A DNA stretch of 64,000 bases from positions 93,000,001-93,064,000 of the forward strand of contig OX597819.1 in NCBI GenBank assembly GCA_951406725.2. Reading direction: 5' to 3'. The notes under the pieces are model-generated. The model was not told where the DNA came from. It saw only the letters and a list, made by a program, of their open reading frames with translations, and did not search any database. The DNA comes from Octopus vulgaris (Eukaryota). Numbering within the stretch: the stretch's first letter is position 1; the number at the start of each line of letters is the position of its first letter. This document shows positions 1 through 12,610 of the stretch, one piece after another. Made by a program: the position numbers and the translations under genes.

Positions 1-70
1 CACGCGGGTTGAGGTGACAAAACGTTTTCGATTCTCGTATTAAGTCATTCCATTTGACAGAGTCTGTTAA

Positions 71-289
71 TATCGGTTTCAAATTTTGACTCAAGGCCAG
101 CAAGTTTTGGAGTAGAAGCAAGTCGATTACATTGACCCCAGGTCTGGACTTGTACTCATTTTATGGAACCCGAAAGGATGAAAGGTAAAGTCGATCTCTG
201 CGGATTTTGAACTCAGAACGTGAGGACTGACAAAATGTCGCTAAGGATTTTGCCCGGTGAGCTAACGAATCTACCAGCTCAACGCCTTT
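71..289 (-). mobile_element. tRNA-derived SINE, group B (central GCCTTTCATCCTTTCGGGGTCGATAAA-type domain), with target-site duplication
   Basis: Minus strand reads GGCGTTGAGCTGGTAGATTCGTTAGC...GTTCTGAGTTCAAA (Pol III A/B-box-like). Homologous to copies at 15480, 29367, 51805-52388 and 52784. 11-bp direct repeat GAGTCTGTTAA at 60-70 and 290-300. Confidence 0.85.
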
Positions 290-329
290 GAGTCTGTTAA
301 CATTCAAGAGGAACTGAGGATATCACACT

Positions 330-715
330 TACATTTACGTTCCCTAGATTTATGAAAACAACCTTACGTATTCAAAAAATCCTATCTTGTCTGCTTCGGG
401 TGATTAAAATCGACACGATCGTGATACGAACACCTTGGATTCCAAAGGCCCACAGCTCTTTAATTTCCAATCAACAGGCTTGAAAGACTTATATGGTGTG
501 GACGTAAATTTCTTCAAAACAAAATTGGATTTCCACCTATTAAGAGTTCCTGATAAGCCTAGCTCAAGAGACGGAACGCAAATGAGAACAGCAGCACCAA
601 ACTCCTTCATTCACCAAATTCCACATATCAGACGAAGTTTCATATAGTGGTAGTGTAGCAAAGCTAACGGCGATACCCTAGCATGGTTGCAGTTCTCGAG
701 CTGAAACTAGTTAGA
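330..715 (+). mobile_element. 3' terminal fragment of a CR1-like LINE (ORF2 C-terminus plus 3' stem-loop)
   Basis: ORF 435-647 (GPQLFN...FKTKLDFHLLRVPDKP...NSF) aligns with the C-terminus of the LINE at about 63550-63720 (GPALFN...FKKSLDRFLQEIPDKP...NNSL). Ends in the CAGTTC-TC-GAGCTG-AAAC stem-loop. Confidence 0.75.
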
Positions 716-974
716 GTGTTAAAGGTTTAATGAAATAAAGTAGTAAACGATTGTGTTGACTGTAAAATAAAACTTCTTCAAACTTTGGAATGCTGTGCTA
801 TTATTTAATATTTTCTGAGGCTGGAGGAAGAGGTTACTCCAATGAACCGTTCAGGCTTTCCTTTACTGTTATGATTGATGCCGTTATTGTTCCGTTTAAA
901 TTGCCACAAGTCAGCACCCGAGGGAAGACACGCATTTGAAAATATCGACATTTGTAGAAGCAGCAGTGTCTTAC

Positions 975-1030
975 CTGTCGACGCAGTACTCCGTTGTAGG
1001 CGATGCGTAACCCTTGTGGTGCTTCAGTGG
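975..1030 (-). CDS. Candidate 56-nt internal exon of an unidentified minus-strand gene
   Basis: Minus strand has a CTGAC branch-like site, acceptor ...TCCTAATAG| and donor CAG|GTAAG. Two frames are open (TEAPQGLRIAYNGVLRRQ or PLKHHKGYASPTTEYCVD). Confidence 0.35.
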
Positions 1031-2574
1031 CTATTAGGATTTAATTATAAAGAGTAGGGTCAGTTTCTGAGATGCAATCCTAGCTAGGTAAAGGATTCCT
1101 TTCAACGAATGAAATTGAAATGATATTGCTCAATAACAAATTACTATTATAAATATAAACACAAAAAACAAAGAAAATTATGCAAGATTTTTTTCTTTGT
1201 GTTTCCTCAGTATTTTCGGAAATATTCATGTCTTTCATTTAGCTTCGATATATAGTGAAACAGTTAAGGCGATCTTCATGCATTTTCAAAAGTTAGAAAG
1301 AACATACATTTGGAATCTAAAGGAAAAGATATCTAAGAACAGAAACTCATAATACAGAATCGAAACAAAGAGAAATCCTATATGTATACACTTAGGAATT
1401 TGTGGGCTAAGAAGATAAAACCTTCCTTTTATGTTTATTAAAGATTAACATTTTCATTTTCTCCATAGCACACGCATAACATATGTAAACCCTATCAATT
1501 GCACTCTATAACTTTGTCTACGATAATTCATGTAAAAAACGTATTCCTCACACTACGATCTTTCAGGTTCCAGACAGCTTTGGACTGTGAAGTTGAATTT
1601 TTTTTTTGTTTTTTTTTTCTCTGCGTTTGTGAAGAAGGCAGTATGTTGAATACGCTTAACCAAAGTATTCTGTTATACAAAAGTCAGTTTAATAATGTTT
1701 CTGCTTGTACAAAAGTGTTGAGATTGCTCACTTTCTTAACCATCGTTACTGTGCTTCAAAATTTGTGTTACTATGTTAGGTACGCAGTTGTAGATAATTC
1801 TCCGTTTAACCTTTAAAAACTTATTGTACTTACGTTAAGTTGAAAACTGACCATCCGTCAATTTTACGAAATCTTTAGACATGTTTATGAAAACATTCAG
1901 GCAGTATAGAGGTGAACTACATGGATTTTATATGGCTATAGTTGGTGTGACCTCTATATAGTAAATTATCCGGTTAAATCCTTCTGTTTTTATTGCTTTA
2001 TTAAAGGTAGACTTCTCCAGGATAAACGCGTCAAATGACTATGTAGTAATGTTTAGTAGCTGAGTTTAGTGCTTAAGATCTTTATGTATTTATTATGGAG
2101 TATTAGTAATAAGGCCTACAGGAATATACACACACACACATACTCACATACACACAGGCACACAAATACACACATACACAAACATAAAACCACACACATA
2201 ATATACAAATATATATATGTGTGTGTGTATGTGACTGTATATATATATATATATATATATAGTAAAGCACAACTATTGCAGCTAAGAGAAATGCAGCAGC
2301 AACCTGAAATATGTGACTGTCTACTCATTGGAATGGTGGTACCATGTTCTTATTGATGCTTCCCATATCTATTCCCTGCGAGAGGGTTTTTACATTTGTG
2401 AAAGCAGAGTACATGACACTAAACCAAACTTACTCGTGATTATCAGTTACACAAACACACACACACACGTGTGTGTGTGTGCTAGTACATACACGTACGT
2501 ATATCTGTGTGTGTGTGTGAGTGTGTATATATATATATGTATATGTATATGTATGTATTTGTGCATGCACGCAT

Positions 2575-2680
2575 GCATGTATGTATGTATGTATGTATGT
2601 ATGTATGTATGTATGTATGTATGTATGTATGTATGTATGTATGTATGTATGTATGTATGTATGTATGTATGTATGTACGT
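2575..2680. repeat. (TATG)n microsatellite
   Basis: Direct reading. Confidence 0.95.
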
Positions 2681-2689
2681 ACGTGTGGC

Positions 2690-2862
2690 TTAGTATTTTC
2701 TTGTTGAAAACGAAAAAGACCGCAAACTACGTAGAATCATCGTAGCACATCGGCGTAGTAAATGTGAAACTTTTGCTTAAACTTTTGTTTAAACAGGTGC
2801 ACATTGGTTTCATTTCCCTGATATATTTTCCAAACCGGTTTCGTCATACTTATAATTTTAAT
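2690..2862 (-). mobile_element. Probable PLE terminal-repeat fragment with the 3' half of a hammerhead motif
   Basis: Lies between two microsatellites. Minus strand GAC-GAAA-CCGG-TT-TGGAAA has a palindromic stem III (AACCGGTT). The 5' core is absent. Confidence 0.4.
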
Positions 2863-2908
2863 ACGTACATGCATGTGTATGTATGTATTTAAACATGTAC
2901 GTTTATAA

Positions 2909-2981
<73 letters not shown>

Positions 2982-2984
<3 letters not shown>

Positions 2985-4430
2985 TAACAGAGATACCTGT
3001 CGTTGCCCGTTTTACATGCAATTGAAGAATTAGACTTTTCTGTTATATTTTCTCCAATGAACTGGAATACCTATGATTCGAATTTCCTCAAAATTGCAGA
3101 TGGGGGTTCTTTCCCTCTTTACACACCCTAAAAAATTCTAATCATGACACGTGTATCCCATACTACTGATCTTTAAGCGCAGATTCCAAAATCCCCGTCT
3201 TATTGAACCTGTTAAAAGGATTTTGCACCTAAAACATGGAGGTCATGGAGCTCTAAAATGTTAGAGTCTTAATGTCAACCAGAAAAGTTGAATTGTTGAG
3301 AATCTAATTAACTTGCGTCATATTTATTGTTCAAGTTTCTTTGAAATAGGAAATATTTGTATGTTCACTTGGTTTGTAAAAGAGAGCAAAGCTACAGGAA
3401 ACCAAAAGACGAATGATGGCAATAAGCAGTCAGCTACCCTACCCTATTCGTTACCGCTCCCCAATGTAGGATTCCTCAACATACAGGTGACAGGCACAAC
3501 CGTAAGATGCATTACGGATCTCTAGCAATTGGAAAAGCGTGACCCAACTCAAATAAACATTAACAACTGTGTGACGTGAGAGCTAAGGGGAAATGAAAGT
3601 GTCATCTCTGGAGTTTGCAAGTGACCACTATACCGATAGGTAAGTGGACAGAATAAAATTTACAATTTACAAATGTCTTTGAATAACCAGTCACTTATCT
3701 GAGAAGGCCTTGAAATCAATGTTACCATCTGGGGACTATGTAGGACCCAGTGATAAAAAGACCCAAAGATGGTCTGCTACGAAATAACTTTATTCAACAC
3801 CTTGCAACTGAATCAGTGGAGGCAAAGATGCCTCTCATTTACTTGACAAGTTATACACCACATTGCAGAAATCACAATCTAAGTATATCTGAAAGCAAAG
3901 TCTTACACTGTTGTACCATTGAATTACAAATAACGATCATCTTTTATGCACGGGTGACCCTACAGCTTCCAATAGTACAACTGTATTCCTCTTTGCTTAG
4001 GAAAAAAACACTAAATTGTGGATGTCAAATCTCCATGAAGGGGCCTTTCTAACTTCTAAGATGAAATTTTGGAAATATTACTTCATTTGTGTCTAATATC
4101 TATGATTAAAAGTTCTTCAACAGCAAAAATATATGAATTTTCATGGGGGTTATTGCTCTTATGCATAGAATATAATTTCCAAATTTCATAAATATCCATT
4201 CAGTACTTTTGACCTAGTTTTGGATCATAAAAAATAACTAAAATTTGGGAGTTAAGACTCTCATTGATGTGAGTCAATTACCCATGGTTGAAATTTCATC
4301 AACATCGAAAATTTATGAATATTCATGGGGATTCTGCCCCCTGTAAGCCATCTCAAATTCAAACCAAACATATTGCATTATACCCGCCCTTGTGCATTGA
4401 ATCTAAGTTCCAAATATCATAAGTTCCAAA
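2982..4430 (+). mobile_element. Possible degenerate non-autonomous Helitron-like element with internal diverged repeats
   Basis: Starts TGCTAACAGAGATACCTGTCGTTGCCCG, resembling CTAG...CCCGGCGTTGCCCG Helitron-type starts. Diverged units (ATGRTT...TCAACA...ATGAAT.TTCATGGGG) at about 4100 and 4283. Boundaries uncertain. Confidence 0.3.
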
Positions 4431-4482
4431 AGAAAGATTGGAGGTGTCATCATGTACATTGTTTTGTCATGGTATTAAATAT

Positions 4483-4945
4483 GGGCTAACAGCAAATATT
4501 CTGCTCAATATCACAGATTTACTTGTCAGTTGTTTGACATTAACCACGTGAGCATGTCCGTTAACGGCTGACGATACGTGCATCTCTGATCACAAGCAGA
4601 AGTAGTGGGTGAGCATCATAGCCATGTGTTGCGAGGAATTCTTTGAGGATTGGATAATTCACCTTCGGAAACATGGGTGTTTCGTTCAACATCCTTAAAC
4701 AATCTTTATTCAGGGACCTTTTGAGAGGGATGGGCTTCTCGACCTGAAGAAAATTTTAATTGGGCCCCACCTGTAAGGTCATGTGCTGTAAATCTTGATA
4801 TGAGATCACCATGTCGCGCACATATGGTTGTGATGCATGTGCCTGGTGTGACCTTATCAGACAGGTAGTCACGATGGGCTTTGTATATTTTACACCAGTG
4901 TCACTTTGATGCCATGCACTGCTCTCTTACTCAATAATAATAATA
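4483..4945 (+). mobile_element. Interspersed repeat group C, probably a retroposon 3' end with (AAT)n tail
   Basis: First about 170 bp homologous to 9270-9445. Ends in CAATAATAATAAT. Confidence 0.6.
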
Positions 4946-5817
4946 GTATTTTTATAAGCTGAAAGCAATACATGGTCGTCGCTTAAAAGATTTAAACTTA
5001 TAAAATATATTAATATATATTATCATTATTATTAATGTGTATATATTATTATTATTATTATTGTTGTTGTTGTTGTTGTTGTTATTATTAATATATATAT
5101 ATACATACACACATGCACACATGCACTCATACGCACACACACATACACACACAAACACGAATAAACCTGTATTTGATGCACGAAAAATATTGTTCGTTTG
5201 GTTTACGCCGTTATCTTGTATTTTGCATTTTAATTCAAACGCCATAACGTCTATCGCTTCAAATACACCCTTCACATGCATAGATAAATATACCTGAACA
5301 ATTATAAGGACATACATTAATTTGACACGACATACACAAATGTACAATATGAATTATACAGTACCTCATGCCTGTACGCATATATACACAGCAACTCTAA
5401 CTACTGATTTTGTCGTCTTGTAGACGCAAACAAAGACCAACTCTCTTCAACTGCTTTTTCCTATCAAATCAGTTTTCCTTCAGTTCAGTGAAAAATGAGG
5501 TTATATTCAATCATTTTAAAACTGAATCTGGCTTCCATTCATATTTTTACGGAAGCCATACATTGATCGCTATACTTTTTCAATGCTTACGATATCTTAC
5601 ATTGTCAAGTAAATATATGCTGGGGATAGTTCCTGCTAAAACACGAATCTTGCAGCTATGCAACTGGAAAACTAATCTTTAGAGATTTTTATTTATATTT
5701 TTAACCCTCCAAATTTACCTTTTTAAAAACTAATGATTAGTTTGTAGTAGACGCCAAGATATAATTTTTTTTTCAAATTTAAGTTTCCATTTAGTTATGC
5801 AGTTCAAATGTAAATAT

Positions 5818-6187
5818 TCTTTTATTCTTTTATTTGTTTCAGTCATTTGACTGCGGTCATGTTGGAGCACCGCCTTTAGTCGAACAAATCGACCCCAGAG
5901 CTTATTCTTTGTAATCCTAGTACATATTCTATCGATTCTTTTGCCGAGTCACTAGGTTACGGGGATTTAAACACATTAAGATTGGTTGTCAAGCGATGGT
6001 TGGTGGACAATGAAACACAAACATACGACGGAAATATTTTAGTTTCCGTCTACCAGATCCACTCACAAAGCTTTGGTCGGCCTGAGGCTATAGTAGAAGA
6101 CACTTGCCCAAGGTGCCACGCAGTGGGACTGAACCCGGAACTATGTGGTTGGTAAGAAAGCTACTTGCCACATAGGCACTCCTGTGC
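5818..6187 (-). mobile_element. tRNA-derived SINE, group A (CORE-like GTGGCACCTTGGGCAAGTG domain, LINE-derived tail)
   Basis: Homologous to several other copies in the window. A/B-box-like head, tail GGCGGTGCTCCA.CATG..CGCAGTCAAATGACTGAAAC. Confidence 0.9.
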
Positions 6188-6256
6188 AGGAAATTATATA
6201 TGAAATTATATAGGAAATGAAATAAGTGACAAACAGAAAATTATGCAATGGACTCC

Positions 6257-6930
6257 CTGCATGAGGAAATATCTTCCAGGCTGCAGAGGGCAAGTAATTC
6301 CTTCCGGTCTCTTCAGTCTCGTGCCTGGTCCCAGCATGGCATCAGAAGGCACACAACAATTGTTGTGTACCGTTCATATGTACTAATATCGCTCCTCTAT
6401 TCATGTGAGACATGGACCCTTTACACACTTTTCGTCAGAGATGTCTCAGACACATTCTCAAAGTTGGCTGGACCTTAAAAATTCCAGACGCACAAGTCCT
6501 GAGGACACCTGATATCTTGAGTATTGAGGTGATGCTGCACAAGCACCGGTTACGTTTGACTGGACACCTTATTAGAATGAAGGATAGCAGGATCCCTAAG
6601 CAGATGCTATATGAAGAACTTGTGAATGAAAAGAGACCCCGGCAGAAACCAAGACTGCGATTTAAGGACTGTGTTAAGTCCTCATTAAAGACCTGTGATA
6701 TGCAGGAGACTGAATGGTAGAGTAATGCCTGTCATCGTCGCAGATGGAGGAAGCAGGTTGAGTAGGGGTTCGTCACCTTTGAGAGAGCACGTATTCAGCA
6801 TGAAGAACTTTAGCGTGCTACGCGAAAGCACATGGCTGGTGTAGTGAATGGGGAAAGCTTGGTCTGCAATGTTTGCAGTCGTGTATGCTTGTCAAGAGCA
6901 GGGGTCTTGACAAGCATACATGTGTATTAA
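6257..6930 (+). mobile_element. 5'-truncated RTE-clade (BovB-like) LINE fragment, pseudogenised ORF2 C-terminus
   Basis: EISSRLQRAS...LLYSCETWT, RLTGHLIRM..RIPKQMLY.EL..KRPRQKPRLRFKD, terminal CNVCSRVCLSRAG zinc-finger-like motif. Frameshift and stops present. Confidence 0.9.
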
Positions 6931-7621
6931 TAGTATACCAACAGTATATTGGATAACTATTATCCCTTAGAGGGTTGGATCCACAACCCCTAACTTACTT
7001 GGTAGTGTGTATATATATATAGTGATATCTGTGAGTGTCTCTGAGTGCTTATGTGCGTGAGCGTGTTTATGTGTATAATGCAAACATATCATAATTTAAG
7101 TCAACAGGAATAAATTCAAATATTTTAAAATCTGACTATTGGTGATACAAGAAAGTAAATACCTTCCTTGTACGCTACTGCATCGCGGGAAAAAAGGAGA
7201 TCATCTTGACGGACGGTTCCTTGTTTTGTTGAAAGTTCTTCAGTAAAGTACACAGTTTTTCCCCACCCACTCAAAAAAATAATATAGACCATCCAGCTAA
7301 TGTAAAAAGGTGTCATAAATTTGGGTGTCATAGTGGTGGATAGCCTGCTTTCTAAATTTGTGCTATTGTTTGCACATCAGTAATAAAACATTATCGATTT
7401 TATGTTCGACAACAGAGTGAGAATCAGAAGACCTGGAATGAATTACATATTACAGAGTATTGCGCAAACTGAAATGTGGATGTAAGTACGTCTTTGTATA
7501 CTTCTGACAATTCCACAGAAACTACTCTCTTTTCCACATATCATTTGTATAGGAAGGACGTAATTACATTATCATTAAACCCACAGCATGGCGTTGTAAT
7601 ACCTAAAACTATTATATACAT

Positions 7622-7677
<56 letters not shown>

Positions 7678-7802
7678 TGTGTGTGTGTGTGTGTGTATGC
7701 ATGTATGTATGTATGTATGTATGTATGTATGTGTCTATTGAGAAAAACAGTAAGACAAAAAAAGAATGAAAGAGACCTCGATATTATGTAAATAGAGGAA
7801 TT

Positions 7803-7935
7803 TATCTGTAAATCTATTATGTGACAATTATTCGGTAGCCATGATCAAACTCCGAGTTTTACATTCCCACCACGGCATCCGAAACTCGAAGTTTTATCAT
7901 GGCTACCGAATAATTGTCACATACTACATTTACAG

Positions 7936-7938
<3 letters not shown>
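7803..7938. repeat. Imperfect palindrome (about 58-bp arms), probable inverted PLE terminal fragment
   Basis: TATGTGACAATTATTCGGTAGCCATGAT.AAACT.CGAGTTT is mirrored by its reverse complement. Contains CATCC-GAAAC-TC, a half-hammerhead-like motif. Flanked by (TATG)n. Confidence 0.8.
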
Positions 7939-7966
<28 letters not shown>

Positions 7967-8225
7967 TGTATGTATGTATGTATAAAGAGAAAATGAGAGA
8001 AACGGAGAAAAGGGGAGGTGAGAGATAGAGAAGGAGAGAAAGTGGAAGGAGAAGAAACAGAACATATATCTATAGTAAGGTACTGATGGCCTACGTAAAT
8101 CGTATTTTAATTCAGCCTGTCATTATTCAATTATTTTCGGACGCTGACGTTTGAATAATTTTCATTTGGCTTCATTAACATTAATTTACTCATTATAAAT
8201 CACTATTTGCACAGTGAACAGCGTG

Positions 8226-8656
8226 AATCAAAACGATGGCTTGCATAATTATTCTTAATACGTTCCGACAGAAGCGAATGCAAATATGTCAATCGTTCTT
8301 GAGTTCGTCACAACAAAACGGCTTCACCCTTATGACGACTATGTGATCATAAAACATTTGGTCCACTAGTAGAAGAGATCCTGGGACATCGAGGTGGCGA
8401 CGTGCTGCATCTGTCCAGCTAAAAGTACCGGCACCGGTATATCTAACAAAATCCAATGGCCTTCTTTATAGTTTCAGTGGACAAACGGTTGGCTAATTCG
8501 CGCTGATATACCATCAGAAAACAAATCAAAACGATGACTGGCATATTTGGTCTTAATTAGTCCTAGAAGATTCGAACACAAATATGCTAATCGCTGTCTT
8601 TTCTGTCACAAGACAACAGCTACTTCTTAGCAATCAGTATGCGATCATATTACATT
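8226..8656. repeat. Diverged 133-bp direct repeat pair (8226-8358 and 8524-8656)
   Basis: Gapless manual alignment, 90/133 identities. Confidence 0.8.
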
Positions 8657-9189
8657 CTATTCATTTGTGCAATGGACTGGGTTCTGATGATAAAAATTAA
8701 CGACACGAAATATATTGAGATCGACAATATCGTTTATTGCATTTAAAAGGAAACATTCGGGCCTCAATAATGATATCAATGTTTCCTTCTTCATTTCAAT
8801 TGCCTACCTACATAAAGGAGGAATATAAATCTCACTGAACCAATTACTCGGATTTTCCTGTGTTAAATAGATGATATATAAACAATGTATGTATATAACG
8901 TTTCAACTTGTTCCATACTTCTGTCTATACAAATGCTCGAAATCGCTACGCAAAAAGGATATTATTGTAACGGTTTATGTTCTGTCCCTAGTACCTATGG
9001 ACCACTTTATTGTTGAGTTAAATACTGATGTAGACAACTAAAATCTACATATAAACCATTACACTGTGTAACCAAATTTTTATTTTATTTTAGCCATTTT
9101 GTCTTCGGTCAATAAGTGTTACTTCCTATTTACTTCTTCCTAGAAATCAAAGGAAATGACTACTATTCCCTTGATACTTTGCTTGTGAT

Positions 9190-9445
9190 CTGGACATCAG
9201 TGTTTTGAAACTGACTCAGTTTCCATTACATTTCAGACAGATTCAGCACTGAGTTGCCGAAGCAGAAATATAGTTATAGCAAATATTCTACTCAGTACCA
9301 CAGATTCACTAGTCAGTTGCTTGACATTAAGCACTTGAGTATGTCTCTTAGTGGCTGACAATATGTGCATCTCTGATCATGTGCAGGAGTAGTGAGGAAG
9401 CATCATAACCATGTGTTGAAAAGGATTCTTTGAGGTTTGAATAAA
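9190..9445 (+). mobile_element. Partial copy of repeat group C
   Basis: 9270-9445 matches 4483-4655. Confidence 0.6.
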
Positions 9446-10164
9446 GGTAATGTTTGAATGAAATACTAGCCATTTTTCATACTCTCTAGGGGTATAACAG
9501 TTGTTACCCAACTGTTAACAATATAACTATAGGAAATGACAGTTGCTACCCAAGGACAAAATTCGTGTTACGCAGTTATCGATAACTTTTATATCAATAC
9601 GTGGTGCACACTACAGGCAGGTTGTTTGATTTTTGAACTGAGCAGAGTTGGCGTGCCAAATATGGGGATTTAAAAACAAGGTCGAAAATTGAAATGAGAA
9701 TGAAGACGAGAACAGCGACGAAAACGTGATGAAACATTCAATGCCGAAGAACGTGAGAAAAAGTAGCTGTATTCATACTCCAATAAATCCATGGCAATGC
9801 CATCAACCTATTACATGATGCCTGGGATGATATTTCCGCCGGCTATCGTTTTCCACTTGATAAGATATTATTCTAGAGTTTTACTAATTGACACGTTCTT
9901 CTAACTTCTTGCAACTTTCGGGTCTGAACTTGAACAATACAATTTCCCTAAATATAACGTTAATTTATTCAGTGCGTTGATTCCGCGGAAATATGACTCC
10001 AGCTATACATTTACTTCGAATTATTCTTGGCTACTGTTTTGCCGGATACACATTTGAATTTCAGTAGTTCGATAAAAGTTTTAATCTATTTTTTTTTTAT
10101 ATATATATAGTGAAATTTACTATTTCCAATATTAATACTAAATTATTCGGTGATACAAGACCAT

Positions 10165-10465
10165 GCTACCATCACTTCCATCATCATCATCATAATCGAC
10201 AACATCGATATCATCACTCACCTCTTATTTCCCTTACAACTATTCCTCACCGGCACCACTACCACAATTATCATCATAATTATTGTCATCGTTGTAGTCA
10301 TCGCTGTCATCGTCATCATCAACAGCAGCAGCGTCGTCATCGTCGTCGTCATCATCATCGTTACCACCATTACCACCACCGCTGCCTACACCACTACCAC
10401 CATCATCACCACCACCACCACCACCACCACCACCATCATCATCATCGTCATTATCATCATCATAT
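10165..10465. repeat. Compound trinucleotide repeat (CAT/CAC/CGT)n
   Basis: Direct reading. Source of the His-, Ile/Thr- and Asp/Gly-rich spurious ORFs. Confidence 0.9.
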
Positions 10466-10902
10466 TTAAAATCATTAATTTCAAACAAGTTGACGCTTTC
10501 TCCCATTATTCCATCGTTATCGTCAACTGCAGCAGTAGGAGAGAACCATCGGTATTCGACACAATAACGAAAGGATAGCTCTTTGCTTTCTTTTTCTTTT
10601 TACTTATCTCTTTATTTTTATTTCTTTTTTTGTAAGAGCTATTTCTACAAATCCTCGTCAATCGGCATTGCTTCTGCATGACCAACACCATTTCAATAAT
10701 ATCATACAATGTCACAAGATTGGTAAGGCGAAGATAAGCTCTGAGAAAACGAAAAAGAAAAGAAGCTATCACGGATTTTTAGGAATTCCTATCCAAAATC
10801 TCAAATTTGTCAAAGAACACATTTGCGATTATTCCAATAATTACAGGGTGATTTAGAAAGACTATTCAAGTGAATTAGAACACACACATATCTTTCTGTT
10901 CA

Positions 10903-11066
10903 TTTATTCTTTTATTCTTTCTCATTGATTTGAATGTAACCATGCTGGAGCATTGCCTTTAGTCCAAAAAGTCGACCGCAAGACTTATTCTTTGTAAGCC
11001 TAGTACTTATTCAATCGGTCTCAAGCGATGGTTCGTGGACAAACAAAGACACACAAACATATACAT

Positions 11067-11130
<64 letters not shown>

Positions 11131-11298
11131 CATATACGACGGGATTCTTTCAGTTTTCGTCTACCCAGTCCACTCATAAGGCTTTGGTCGGCCCGAGGCT
11201 ATAGTAGAAGAAACATGCCCAAGTTACCACGCAGTAGGACTGAACCCGGAACCATCTGCTTGGTAAGAAAGCTACTTACCACATAGGAGCTCCGGCGC
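10903..11298 (-). mobile_element. SINE group A with internal microsatellite
   Basis: Homology to 5818-6187 and 18560-19018. Confidence 0.9.
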
Positions 11299-11504
11299 AT
11301 GAAATTAAATAAATGAAATTTATTAAATTATATATGAAATTAAATAAGTGACAAACAGAAAATTATGCAATGAACTCCATTAGGTAGCAGTTGTTTCTGC
11401 TACAAAATGCAATGCACATACAAATGGGTGCTTGCGTATCTCCTTAGTGGGATACAAACGGAAAGCCATAAATGGAAAGAAATTGGAGTAGCCATTTGTA
11501 AGAA

Positions 11505-11814
11505 AAATGTATCTTTTGTTGAACTGCTAAGTTACTGGGACTTAAACTCACCAACATCGGTTGTCCCACGATAGTGGTGAGGAGGAAAAACACAGACAGA
11601 CATATACATACATACACACATGCATGCATAATTACATACATACATACATACGACGGGCGTCTTTCAATTTCCGTCTACCAAATCCACTCATAAGACTTTG
11701 ATCGGACCGAGGCTACAATAGAAGACACTTGGCCAAGGTGTCACGCAGTGGGACTGAACCCGGAACCAAGTGCTTGGGAAGCAAGCTTCTTACTTCAGAG
11801 GCACTCCAGCACCA

Positions 11815-11858
<44 letters not shown>

Positions 11859-12016
11859 GCTTCTTTCAGTTTCCGTCTACCAAATCCACTCACAAGGCAT
11901 TGGTCGGCCCGGGGCTATAGCAAAAGACACTTGCCCAGGATCCCACGCAGTGGGACTGAAGCCAGAACCCTGTGGCTGGTTAGCAAGCTACTTACCACAC
12001 AGCCACTCCTGCGCCT
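11505..12016 (-). mobile_element. Two adjacent partial SINE group A copies (11505-11812 and 11855-12016)
   Basis: Two heads (CACGCAGTGGGACTGAA) separated by (TA)n. Confidence 0.85.
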
Positions 12017-12519
12017 ATATATATATATGTATCTATCTATCTATCTATCTATCTATATATATATATACATCTATATATATATATATATATATAGATGTAT
12101 ATATATATATAGATGTATATACATACATACATACGTACATACATATATACGTACACATGCATTCACAGATATACTCATATATATAATTCCTTGTTAACTT
12201 TTTGGGAAGACTTTCTCGCATTAGTTGTCAAACAGACCTGAGGATTTGGGGCTTTGTGATTCTATAGATGGGATCTGGGTGTGTTTGTGGTAGGATTGAG
12301 GTTTGTTAATCAGTGTGGGAGTGAAAGACTGTTGATGAATGATAGCTGAAAGAAAGTAGTGAATGCTCAACGCAAGATACTTGATTGAGGTGGAATTTGG
12401 AGGTGGTGGGGTGTTAAAGGAGTTGCCATTTGAATACTTAACATTTGGTCAGAATTCTTATGACCAGATGTTTTTTTTTTTCCAAATTCTTTCTTTTAGT
12501 AATTTTCCTTTGATTTTAG

Positions 12520-12561
<42 letters not shown>

Positions 12562-12610
12562 TATATTTATATCTAAATAGAAGTGAATTACACCCCACTT
12601 TCAATTACAA

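Noticed and set aside
8226-8656. Conserved in-frame TGA codons in both repeat copies on the minus strand (selenocysteine or recoding idea)
   Set aside because: Copy 2 also has TAA, and the six synonymous changes are about what 68% identity gives by chance.
8681-8722. CTGATGA...GAAA hammerhead-like spacing
   Set aside because: No stem I or stem II complementarity.
10110-10578. His-rich protein ORF (possible metal-binding or beak-type protein)
   Set aside because: Compound trinucleotide repeat open in several frames, with no splice or signal-peptide context.
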